DNA from: Amoebidium appalachense
Lineage: Eukaryota > Protista > Ichthyosporea
Assembly (NCBI GenBank): GCA_963693365.1
Contig: CAVNZM010000006.1
Coordinates: 496,001-560,000 of the forward strand
DNA: 64,000 bases
Direction: 5' to 3'
Shown here: positions 22,388-40,098 of the stretch, piece after piece
Layout of the letters: each line of letters starts with the position of its first letter
Position numbering within the stretch: the first letter of the stretch is position 1
Translations under genes and position numbers: made by a program
Notes under the pieces: model-generated
The model's input: only the letters and a program-made list of their open reading frames with translations
Told to the model about the DNA's origin: nothing
The model's database searches: none

Positions 22388-25300
22388 GGTCAGGAAGTAT
22401 ATGGGGTTTGCACTATGACATGTAAACGGTGTGATAAACCTAGAACTTGTAGGGGGTTTCTTTTGGATCTCCCGGTCGGGCCAGGCCCTAAGGCTTTTTG
22501 CCTTGTGTGATTGGCCAGACGCACACCAAGCAGTATTTTATCTGACAGGAAAGGGCCTGTAATTAACCGGCATAGAACAAACCCCCCTAAACTCTGTTCT
22601 GCCGTGTACCAACACACTTTGGTTGGTTGGTTGGGGGGGGGTGAACTACAACAATAACCAGCCAGCCCAATAAACTAACATGCACGTACCGGGGATGGGG
22701 GTGTGTCCCTCTTCCAGTGGTCGCCCAGGAATGCCCTGACCACGTCACTGCTTGCCAGCTCATGCACCCCCAGCATCACCTTGACGTAGCGGTCTAGGGC
22801 CTCCCGCCGTTGCTGCACAATAACAGTCACCACGCACACCCTCACAATCATAAACCCCCCCCCCCTCCCCTCGAGTACCCCCTTCTCACTTCTCCCCCCC
22901 CCCCCCCCCCCCCCCCCCCTCCCTCTCCCCCTGTACACACACCACATCCGCAAACAAACAAACAAAAAAAAAAAAAAAAAAAAAAAAAAAAACGGGAGGG
23001 CAATATGCAGACCATGAAGAAAACAGATAAAACCGGGGGAAAGGCCGAAAACGAACAGGAGAGGTTATGTGGTCGTAGTCAAATGCACACACACTGGTCC
23101 ACGGGCGGTGATCTACCTGACCAACCATACGTGTGAGTAAACAAAACAAAAAGCGAGAAACCATGAGAGGGGGAGGCGGGAGAGGGAAGGGAGAGGGGGG
23201 GGGGGGGGGGGGGAAGAAAAAAAAAAAATTGACCTCGTCCTTTGAACGGGGGGAAAGAAAAAAAGAAGAAGGGGGAAAAAAAAAAGTGACCTCGTCCAGG
23301 ATCGAACTGGAGACCTCATGCGTGTGAAGCATGCGTGATAACCAACTACACCACGAGGCCGATATTGAGGGAGGAAACAGACAGCCCATCACCCTAAAAA
23401 GCACAAGAGGTTCTCACCTCCATATGCAACGGGTCAAACTTCCTGCGCTTTATGTATCGCTTTGGAGGCAAAGACATCGCCTGCGGTAGGGTCGAGGGGA
23501 ATCTTTTGACCAGAGTAGTGTGCAGCTCTACAAAGTCGTTGTAGCGCCGGTGCATATTCGTCTGATTGCCCTTGCTGTCCGTCACGATCTGGAATGAAGC
23601 AATTAGCACAGGTGTACACATACGTAAGCACCTTCACTGGGCAAAGCCATATATGAACCTTGCATCCACAGTACTTTGGTCACCCACCAAAACACATACA
23701 CGAACCTTGCATCCACAGTACAGTACTGGCCACCCACAAAAACATCCTTCCCCACCCACTCTTATCTGAACTGGTCAGGTTTTTTTTGCCCCCCTCTTAC
23801 CTTTTGAATCCCTAGGTCTACATACTATTCTCCTCTTAGAATCGGCACACAAGGGTACAAGGGCACACCAATACAAATTAAGCAAATGCACAGAATGGTT
23901 AAAAAGAGAGACGAACACGAGAAGCCCTCCTCCCTCCCCCCCCCCCACCCCCCACCCCCCCTTCTCCCCCTCCCTAAATGCAGATAGCACTTGCCTGCAC
24001 CACACACTCAGGTACCTTCTTGTTTCATACCCACTCCAATTGCCCGTTTCGAGCACTAAGTGGGCATGCGTGCAGGAACTGGTTGAAAGCTTTTGTGCAT
24101 GCCACACACGTTCCCACCGACAAGAAGACCTATAACACTCCCCCCCCCCCCTCCCCTCCCCCCGCCATCCCCCGGGTGCAACCACGCAGGCACCCCTACT
24201 GCAAGCACCTGTTAACTCATTCTTCTTGTCACTTACCAAGCGGTACAGCACGTACGGGCTGCTGCAGGTATGGATGTAGTAACTCACAACATCCACAGAC
24301 ACGGGTGGCCTGCGCGTAGAAGCTTTGAGTCACATTCGATGACAAGGGCATACAGCCACTTACCACAACTCTGCTTATATAGTGCGTGCAAGATGTGGCA
24401 GTTTAGGTAGTGGTCCTTACCCTCCCCCCCCCCCCCCCCCCCCCCCACCGGGCCCTCCCCCCTCAACCGACCCGAATAAAAGCGTTCGCTTTCGAGCAAG
24501 AAACCCTACCAAGCAGTCACACGTAAGTAGCCCTGAGGCCCCTTGAATCTAAGCATTAACATGTGCGAGTAGGAGGTGGAAAAGGCACCGTTTAGTAGCG
24601 AACTAGCTTTCGAGGGGCAGTCGGCTCTCAAGCCATCTCCACCCTGTGTTTGAACCCCCACCCTCCCCTTTCCCCTCCCCTCCTCCCCCCCCGGCTCTCC
24701 AACCCAATAAAACATAAAGCCAACGTGGGACTCACCATTCTGCTGCTGCGCTTTCATATGAACTGCTTGTAGACGAACTGCAAGGGACAGCAGAGTCAGG
24801 AATAATAGGGAGCTAGATGCAAAAACTGAAAGCAGTGCCTGAGCTTAGCAAGCCAAGCGCCCATAACCCTTTACAGCCAGCAAAGCAGCCCACAGTGGTT
24901 GCTATGCGGGCAAATGAGTACGGGGGAGGAAAGAATCTCGTGCTACTGAAGAGGCACAGTTATTCTTCAAGAACCGCAGGGCGTCCTTACGTTTCAAAGG
25001 AGGAAACTAAAGAGCACTCAGATCTATCGTGACTGTTGTGGTTGGGTATAGAGCTCACTATGTACGCAGTTCGTGTGTGTATGGGGGGGGGGGAGGGGGG
25101 GGGGGGGGGGGGGTTGTTGATGTATGCATTGGAGGGTTGGAGATGTGGAGATACACCGGGGGGGTTGCAGTCGGGCCATTAAAGCAGGTGCAGTATTTGG
25201 AAAAACGGTATTGCAGTGCATGTGTGGTGTAAGAGCTTACGAGTTATCACGTGTGTATTTGTATGCATATGCGCCTGTTTGCAAGCCAAAAAGTCCAAGC

Positions 25301-25682
25301 TGCAAAATGGACAAGTCTGTAATCGTTCCCAGACTACTGTAAGCAGTGTAAAGAAGGTGTGTGCCGGTCTCAGAGGTAGCGAAAGGGTACTTTCACGTAA
25401 TAAATTCAACGTGTAGCCTACGAAGATAAACGCAACGCACCTGCTTGCCCGTCGACCAGACGATTGTGAAGCGCGGGGGGACGGAGAATGTGCTATCAAT
25501 CCAACCGAGTGAACACTACTGCCCACACCCATTCGTGTGTCTATAACTGACGGCTTGCGCTGTTTTGGTCCAGAGGCGCGGTTTGGAAACTGACCTCCCC
25601 TTGGGGCTGAAAATGAGTCAAACGTTATAGCTCTACTGATGGGGGCGTTGGCGAAACAGGCGTTAACGGAAAACGCCAGCAT
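21243..25682 (-). CDS. PX (phox homology) domain protein with Ser-rich N-terminus and Pro-rich/unassigned C-terminus
   Basis: Exons (minus): 25682 (or 25532)-25441, ~25032-24992, ~24777-24736, 24309-24237, 23588-23418, 22812-22690, ~22335-22187, ~21896-21691, 21396-21243. PX signature: YVLYRLIVTD..MHRRYNDFVELHTTLVKRFP..LPPKRY..RREALDRYVKVML..LASSDVVRAFL. Phases join consistently; start codon uncertain. Confidence 0.82.
23287..23360 (-). tRNA. tRNA-Val(CAC), intronic in the PX gene, same strand
   Basis: Reverse complement: GGCCTCG TG GTG TAGTTGGTTAT CAC G CATGC TTCACAC GCATG AGGTC TCCAG TTCGATC CTGGA CGAGGTC A. Full cloverleaf, A and B boxes, followed by an oligo-T Pol III terminator. Confidence 0.95.
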
Positions 25683-27509
25683 TTTCAGGCCACACAAGTG
25701 CAGCGTATTGGTGTGGACTTGCAAGCCTCTACGCTCTTCTACACATAAACGCTAGAAAAAAGTCTGCAGTTCCTAACGTTCACCTTTCTTGCGTGAATGT
25801 GCTTCCGCTTGCAACGCTTTATCTGAAGAACATCGTTTCCGGGTCAGCTATAGCCGGAGACTCTGCTACGTTTTACGTTCGAACGTCTTCAATGAATCAA
25901 AACTGAATGAGCTGTAACGGTGCACCGTCAGGTGCATGGCTAAGGGGCATATTAGCCTACCTGACGTCGTGACCTTTAACCAATTATTAACCACAATGGG
26001 AAACTAAGATAATAAACCGTTTTCACAAGAAACTAAAAGATAATAACTGTAATAAATAATATGTAAGCAACAATTAAATAGCTTTTAAATAAAGTGCTAC
26101 GGATAAATCGGTTAATTTGTATATATGTTATCGTCAAAAAGATGGAACAGTGCATCTCTATCGCAATAGTGGCCATGGGTGAGTTGCGTTGTCAGCTAAT
26201 CACACAGTGCCCTAGCTTAGGCGCTTTAGGCTATCCGTTATTGTTCGCTTCGGGAAGCGTTTGATTGGTGGACATGCAGGTCAAATGACTGAGCACTGAG
26301 CTCTGAATTCGTCACCTAGACGTGATGAGAGGGTAGGCAAATTCCACGTGAAAAGTTATCCATAAAACCAGCAGTAGAGCACCAGAAATGTTGCTTTATG
26401 TTCAGAAGCATGAAAAATCATTTTCTCAAAGCATAATTATAAAAAAAATGGTATAATATAATATATACACTAAACTATGCCGCCTGCCGGTGCCGCCTTT
26501 TTATTCCAGAATGACTCACCACTCCATCCAATAGCGTCAAGCTGCTCTTTCGACCAATAGGAACTGCCTAGTTTTCGATAACGAACACTGCTCCAGTGCT
26601 CTGGGTTCAGTGAGCCACTTTTATATGTCCCCCTTCCAAACAGAAATCCTAAGTATTGAATCCTGAGATTACATTGTGTAATAATATTTTATTCTTACGC
26701 TTAGAAAGTTGCTCTTGAAATTTTTTAAATGTGGTTTTCGCGTATATGCGACAATCTTAGAAGTACGCTTCTAAGCCAAAAAAAACATATATAGCCAGAT
26801 GATGATTCAACTTCCGAAATTCCAACCTTAAACACCCAATTCTAGGGGGTTTTGGCGCAATGCTGCTCAGCTGCCCCCATCACTGATCACGTCACGTGCA
26901 CACTTTGACCTGGTCACATGTTTGCTTCATAAACTTGTTTGCAAGTTCACTTTGTATTACAAAAAATAGCTGTGTTTTTTGTTATGCCTACAGTTGATGT
27001 AACTCATAGGTACATGTTAGCTGTGTGCTTTTTGTTATGCCTACAACTTGTTCAACTCGCATATATACACCCCTTCGTTCAACTGCCTGTCGATTCTGAA
27101 TGGTTAATTTTCTTCCTGCAGACTTACCGGGAGAGTTTTCAGGCGGGAAGCTAGAAAGCAGCAGGAGCTAGACTACGGGAATGGAGGCTGGCCACTTTAG
27201 TATTAAACCGCATGATTTCTACAAAGGTAGATGTGCACAAATATGTTCGTGTGGCTGATCTACATGTGGAAGCAGACAGGCACGTGTAGCTTTCCACTTC
27301 ACAGATTCGCTCACATCTGCATATGCTCCCATGTGGATGGACATCGGAGAGTGCCCTGTATACCATGTACCGCCCACGTGCGGCACTGCCTAACCCACAC
27401 ATAGCTCACATTGTCTTGCACAGCAGAGCCGCTTGGCTTGGTCACTGAGAGCCCCATCTGGCGCTTTCTGTACCGATTCCCCCTTTCCTTTGTACCGATT
27501 GATATTTTG

Positions 27510-27550
<41 letters not shown>

Positions 27551-27984
27551 TTGATTATTGAGTGACACAAACCCCGGCCGTATGTTTGTCGTCCGGAACC
27601 TGCCAAGCTGCATCCAGCCAGCCGGGTTTGTGTCAAACAACAATAGAGTGGTATAAAGCAAGTGAAATGAGACCGGATGGTTTAAAACATCTGCATAGGA
27701 CGGCGAAACTCGTATGTGGTTGTCTAGCTACGCGAGAATAGTAGGAGGGTTAGCTGAACCGGGGAGCCTCGAGAGTTTGAAGGTGAAGGTGGCGGTGGTG
27801 GGCGCAAGTGTGTGTGTGTGTGTGTTGTGGACGTGTGTGGGGCATGTGTGGGCTTTAAAACAAAAGAACATAAACACACACGTGACACACACACACACAA
27901 GCGCACACCTCGCGCCCCAACCCTTAATCCCCACCACTACCACCAATAGTAACAAGAAACCTCACGGCTCCGTCGCAAATTGCC

Positions 27985-28290
27985 CCCTCCCCTCCCCTGC
28001 CGCCTCCCCCCCCCTTCCCTTCTTTCCTCTGCCCGCCCGGCCACCTACCGGTCTAACCCCCCCCCCCTTCCCCCCCCCCCCCCCCCCCCCGAGGGGGCTA
28101 TTAGACGGGCAGGTGGCCGGGCGGGCAAAGCTTCGGAAAGAAGGGGGGGAGCGAGGGGGAGGGGGGGGGCGGGGAGACCTACCCGTCCTAACCCCCCCCT
28201 TCCCTCCCCCCCTCCCCTCCCCCCGAGGGGCCTATTAGACGGGCAGGTGGCCGGGCGGGCGGAGCTTCGGAAAGAAGGGGGGGAGGGTGG
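27985..28290. repeat. GC-rich foldback/inverted repeat with a duplicated arm
   Basis: tctttcc..gcccgcccggccacct..gtctaa (28021-28056) is the imperfect reverse complement of ttagacgggcaggtggccgggcgggc..ggaaaga, which occurs at ~28101-28141 and again at ~28235-28275. Confidence 0.75.
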
Positions 28291-29300
28291 GTTACAAGAC
28301 GACGAACCCGACAGCCCAGGAACCCTAACAAGAATCTAGACTACCTCCAGCTTGCCTCTGTATTCGAATGGCGCACCACCAGAACCACCCCTGTATACTG
28401 TAGGTATGCTGTGTTCTGAACGTGTGTGTGTGTATGTGCGTATGTGTCTGTCTGTGTGTGTATGTGTGTGTGTGTGTGTGTGTGGCTGATGCATGTCCCC
28501 TCCCCCTCTCCCCCCCCCACGCGTGCGGAGAGCAAGGAATGAGGAGGCAAAACGGTACCCAAGTGGGTGCAACTCCACGCAACACGCACACAAGCCACAC
28601 ATGCCCATACGGTAACAATACAAACACTCAACCACAGCAGAAAAAGCAGCCGTTCCCAACCCGTACCCTCCCCCCCTCCCCTCCCCCCCCCCCTCCCCGC
28701 GCCGCCTGTGTGTGTGTGCGTGTGTGCGTTTGTGTCTTTGTGTTTGTGCACGCGCCGATATTGCTGTTTGCGTAGGAAGGAGCAGGGGGGGGCAGACAAG
28801 AACGAACCTTCAGGGCCTTGAGCATCGGGTCGAGCATATAGTACGTGACTTTGGGGGGGGGGGGGGGGGGTTCGTTTAATCGGCATCATATAAGCAATGT
28901 CGGGCTTGTCCTCCCCAGACCCGCTGCCCGCACACAGAGCCGTCAGGGCCTTGTCGTGTTTCTGCTTGGTTCAGAAAAATATCTGGTTTATTATTTGTAG
29001 AACATCTTTAGTTCCTTACAGAGCACTGAAGCTCAAGTAGTGCTTTGTTACGCAGATTCATTCTGCTCTTGGCAAAATACTTGATCTCGTTCTGCTGATG
29101 GCTCTACATCAGTTTGTACCGCCTTTGTGTTCTTCAAATATCTGCTCGTAGTGAGATTTCAACTAGGAGCTCACTGTGATGCCGGCGCCGGCCCAAGTAT
29201 TTTTTTTTTTTTTTTTTTGGTGGCCCCTCCGGGCCCTTAATAAGGTTATCGGCTTGTCACAACCTTTTTTATTGAGGAGCCGCTTACAATAAGCTTTGGC

Positions 29301-29345
29301 TGCTCGCCTCAGACGCATGAGGCTCCGGGTTCGAATCCCGGATTG
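29301..29345 (+). other. 5'-truncated tRNA-derived fragment (SINE head or tRNA pseudogene), tRNA-Val-like
   Basis: gctcgcctcagacgcatgaggctccgGGTTCGAATCCcgg: intact T arm/B box. Shares ACGCATGAGG with the tRNA-Val at 23287-23360. No A box or acceptor stem seen. Confidence 0.55.
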
Positions 29346-29551
29346 CCCGCTGTGTGGCGGTCCCACGGTGCCGGTAATTGCTGGTCTTATTCATTATTAG
29401 AAGACATCAAGCGACCCGTGCATGTGGGCGGTAGGCCCGGCGGTATTATTTTTCGTATTGTATTGTTTTTTGTTTTTTTTTGTTTTGTTTTCATCAAGTT
29501 TGGTGCCACTTTTGTGCTCGAGCCTCATGTGGCTGTTATGTATAGATGACT

Positions 29552-29586
<35 letters not shown>

Positions 29587-29666
29587 TGTGGGTGGGTGTG
29601 AAGGTGTTGGGTGGGTGGGTGGGTGGGGGGGGGGGGGGGGGGGGGGAGGGAGGGGAGAGGGGGGAA

Positions 29667-29706
<40 letters not shown>

Positions 29707-29747
29707 GGAGGGGGTATTTTTGCCTGTAACGGTCTCCTTGCCAAAGC

Positions 29748-29782
<35 letters not shown>

Positions 29783-29829
29783 TTCTTTTTGCTTTTTTTT
29801 ATTTATATACATGAATTTTTTTGCTAGTA

Positions 29830-30125
29830 TCGGGATTATTCTGCAAATTTGTTTAATATAATGGCATAAATATTCTGCAAAATTATTCTGCTAACACAGT
29901 GCTATTGTGCTTTGAGCAAGTTTATTCTGCTGCCGTGGGCAGGTTAATTAAGATTTTGCTTTTTGCAGAATAATTTTGCTTTTAGCAAACCTAAAAAGGA
30001 GTGGGCACTTCTCTTTGAGCAGAATCACAATATGCTTTTAGCAGAATTCATGCTGCTTTTAGCAGAATAATTCTTCTGATTCGAGCAGAATAATTCTGCT
30101 ATTCACAGAATACTTATGGGATTTT
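29830..30125. repeat. Another copy of the GCAGAAT/ATTCTGC-rich degenerate repeat
   Basis: Repeated agcagaat units, including the near-palindrome agcagaataattctgct at ~30084-30100. Confidence 0.5.
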
Positions 30126-30223
30126 TAAATATAAATGGGGAGGGGGGAGTAGTATATTTTAACAACGTTCCCCCTGGTGGTACCCCCCCCCCCCCCCCCC
30201 CCTCTCTCTCTTAAGGTGGGTGG

Positions 30224-30257
<34 letters not shown>

Positions 30258-30495
30258 ACCCACCTGCCCGCAGTGGGGTAGTGGGCCTCCCCCCCCCCCC
30301 CCTCCCCCCACCACCACCACCATCACCACCACCCACCCTGCGCGTGATCGTGGCCATAGTCTCTTTTCCATCCACCAAAGGTTGTATTCGTTTTTTATTT
30401 TCCCTTTTTTTTTTTCCTTCTCAAACTGCTTCCGCCTTGGCCACTGATGCATATCCCTCCCATCCCCCTCCCCCCCCCCCCCCCCCCCCCCTCCC

Positions 30496-30526
<31 letters not shown>

Positions 30527-30546
30527 ACACACACACCACACACACA

Positions 30547-30589
<43 letters not shown>

Positions 30590-30601
30590 CCCTCCCCCCC
30601 C

Positions 30602-30632
<31 letters not shown>

Positions 30633-30990
30633 ACATATGCAAGCTACGGCCAACTAATCCTAAATTATGATCACAGTAATGGGGACAAGCCATCGTGCTC
30701 ACCGTGCAGTGATCATGTGTGTACCTGTGTGGCCGGGAATGTATGTGTGTGTGGGGTGCCACCGGTGGGTGAAACTGCATGTTCATGCGTATGCCGGGTG
30801 CTCATCGCCAGCACTGGTCAAAGTTTGTGTACCTCGTGTGCGTTTGTGGTACTGTAACATGTGTGTGAATCAAATACGTGTGAAGGTGTGTGTGTGAGTG
30901 TGCGAGCAACAGCCTAAGGGCAACTGGAGGTGAGTGCGAGAAGGGGGAAGGGGGGGGGGGGAGGGACAGGGGCCCAGGGGAGGGGGAGGC

Positions 30991-32132
30991 TGTTGGAAGT
31001 AGAGTCCGCTGTGACTAGGGTCGTCGTGGCGCGCTTGGGCGCTGACCCGTTTTTTACTGCTTTCAGTGTGTTAACTCCATGACTGAACTCCATGACTGAA
31101 CTCCATGACTGAACTCCATGACTGAACTCCATTTCTGCACCTGGCAGAGCCGTGGCTTATATACCCGTGGGGCAGCAGTCTGGAATGTAATCCGGATGCC
31201 AGGCGCTAATCGGATTAGTTACTTTCATTTAGAGATCTCTGGGACCAGTGAACCAATCGTTTGCAGTCAAAACACAATTGGCAACATTCCTCAACTATGC
31301 AGATGTGCATGTGGTGATCGAGTGTCAGCGTGTGTCTGTGTACACGGAACCAATTGTAAAGCTAACATACACATATTGTGGAGTGAGCGTAAGTCTGCAC
31401 TCCAACACCCCTACCCAATTGGAGAAGTGTACACACCACTAGAGAAGAGAGAGTGAGTGTGGCTGCTTGCAGGGTAGACCGGGGTGTGCATTCCACTGTG
31501 GTGCGTGCCCCGCCAATGAAGTGGAATACTTGACGTTCACATTGATGTCGCAGGCTGCTGCGGATGGAGTTTGTGGAAGCGAAAGTCTCTACTTCACGGA
31601 AATACGCTCGCGGGTGTAGGGTACAGCCTAGAAGTCGGTTTCTGGCTCCTCCGTTCAAGGCGTCGTAGGGGACGTGAAGTTAGAGGCCGCGGTGTCGTGT
31701 CTGGGCCCATAACCCTGTTGGAAGTAGAGTCCGCTGTGACTAGGGTCGTCGTGGCGCGCTTGGGCGCTGACCCGTTTTTTACTGCTTTCAGTGTGTTAAC
31801 TCCATGACTGAACTCCATGACTGAACTCCATGACTGAACTCCATGACTGAACTCCATTTCTGCACCTGGCAGAGCCGTGGCTTATATACCCGTGGGGCAG
31901 CAGTCTGGAATGTAATCCGGATGCCAGGCGCTAATCGGATTGGTTACTTTCATTTAGAGATCTCTGGGACCAGTGAACCAATCGTTTGCAGTCAAAACAC
32001 AATTGGCAACATTCCTCAACTATGCAGATGTGCATGTGGTGATCGAGTGTCAGCGTGTGTCTGTGTACACGGAACCAATTGTAAAGCTAACATACACATA
32101 TTGTGGAGTGAGCGTAAGTCTGCACTCCAACA
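30991..32132 (-). mobile_element. Non-autonomous Copia-type LTR retroelement (TRIM), 1142 bp
   Basis: Two 417-bp LTRs (30991-31407, 31716-32132), each TGTTGGA..TCCAACA; one mismatch seen (31217/31942). 5-bp TSD GAGGC (30986-30990, 32133-32137). On the minus strand: PBS GGTTATGGGCCCAG (31714-31701), PPT GGGTAGGGG (31416-31408), TATATAA in the LTR. The 308-bp interior has no recognisable gag/pol. Confidence 0.95.
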
Positions 32133-33022
32133 GAGGCGGGGGGGGGGGGGAGGGGGGGAGGGGGAGGGGGAATATGACCGTACTACTAAGGGCATATAGC
32201 CCGACTCCAGATGATCAAGGACTCCTATTCCTAAGCCTCAATGCTAACGTTTTGGCCATGTATGTAAACCGCTGCTAAGTTATATACAGGTTTGTCAGAC
32301 GTCGCCGATGAAAAAAGAGTTGGAATTTTGAAACCTTTAACCTTAACCCTGGGGCTGACACTTGCAAGGGGGATTGGATGGGTGGCACCCGATGTGGATG
32401 GGTGGTGCACGGGGTGGTGGTGGTGTGTGGCCATGGTGGTGGTGGGGGGAGGGGGAGGGGGCGGAGGGGGAAGGGGGGAGGGGGGAGGGGAAGGGGATGA
32501 GGGGAGCTAATTCCTGCGCATGCATGCACATGCACACAAGAATTCAGAACGAAAATTCAGGTCCCCCCCCCCCCCCTCCCCCCCCCCCCCCCCCCCCCCC
32601 CTCTCCCCCGGCCTCCCATACATCTCGGCGCGCACGGACCACTAGCCCCTCCCCCCCTCCCTCCCCCCCCCTCCCCCCCCCCACCCCAAACAAATCACCC
32701 CCACTCCCACCCCCTCTCGGTCCCTGCTTCGATCCGAAACGTCCTGGCAGGTGCCGATTCCACGACACATCTTCCCCTCCGTGGTACGTGCACGCACATG
32801 GACTGCACCTGGCGCATGCCAGATCTACTGGCCGGACCTTACGTGGAGCCCGTCTATATGTATGGTTTACTACTATGATTACTATCCTACATCTGAGCCG
32901 GCTAAGACTTAGAGTGGTTTGGGGGGAATGTATAAAAGCAAACCAGCTACCCCCCCCCCTCCGCCTCCTCCTTTTTTCTTTTTTTTTCTTTTTTTCTTTT
33001 TTTTTCGTGGTGGTGGTGGTGG

Positions 33023-33068
<46 letters not shown>

Positions 33069-33481
33069 CCAGAGAGAACACACTGTCGCCTCATGACGTT
33101 GTCCACCGACCATGGCGAAGTAGTGTATGATTCAACGCCGCCACGTTTATAAAATAGGGCTATAAACTTTGAAGACTATTTGGCAATGTAACATCATGAA
33201 GGAAAATATGGATAAAACTGCCTTAGTATTTGGCTAGTCTGAGTGCTAATAAGCAATAACATCAACAATCGTATAAATCATATTCAGATTTTTTGGGCCC
33301 ATTTAGGTATCCCTGCTGATATCCGCATCATTTAGCTATAAAAGAGGTGCCTTCTGGACTGAATGAATAAAGGCCTAGGGTGTCACATCTAAATATTCAT
33401 TAGCGTGCAACTCCACTTTGTGTGCCTGTGCCTGTGTGTGTGTGCTATGGATATGTGCGTGTGTGCTTAGAGCTTGCATAC

Positions 33482-33532
<51 letters not shown>

Positions 33533-33691
33533 TGTGTGTGTGCGCGCGCGTGTGCGTGTGTTGTGTGTGTGCACACCTGGTTACTGTGCCCTTGAAAGAA
33601 AAAGCATATATGGGCACACTTCATCTCCCTGTCTGCACCCATGTTCCATCAAACTACCCTTTGCATCCCAGTAACCCCCTAGTAAGTACCC

Positions 33692-40098
<6,407 letters not shown>

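Noticed and set aside
24262-24287. Apparent 26-nt GT..AG mini-intron in the PX gene
   Set aside because: The frame reads through it (VVSYYIHTCSS), and removing it would shift the frame.
25750-27150. Microsatellite-free AT-rich block upstream of the PX gene
   Set aside because: No ORF, RNA fold or element termini recognised; probably promoter plus decayed repeats.
28900-28908. Match to the MITE TIR (TCGGGCTTG)
   Set aside because: No partner TIR or TSD found; a 9-bp match can occur by chance.
31074-31131. Short direct-repeat arrays as possible CRISPR (also 48138-48346)
   Set aside because: Head-to-tail units without spacers, no cas genes, eukaryotic context.
31118-31456. Duplicated ~112-118 aa ORFs (also 31843-32199)
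   Set aside because: They lie within the LTRs, antisense to the element, and show no gag/pol motifs.
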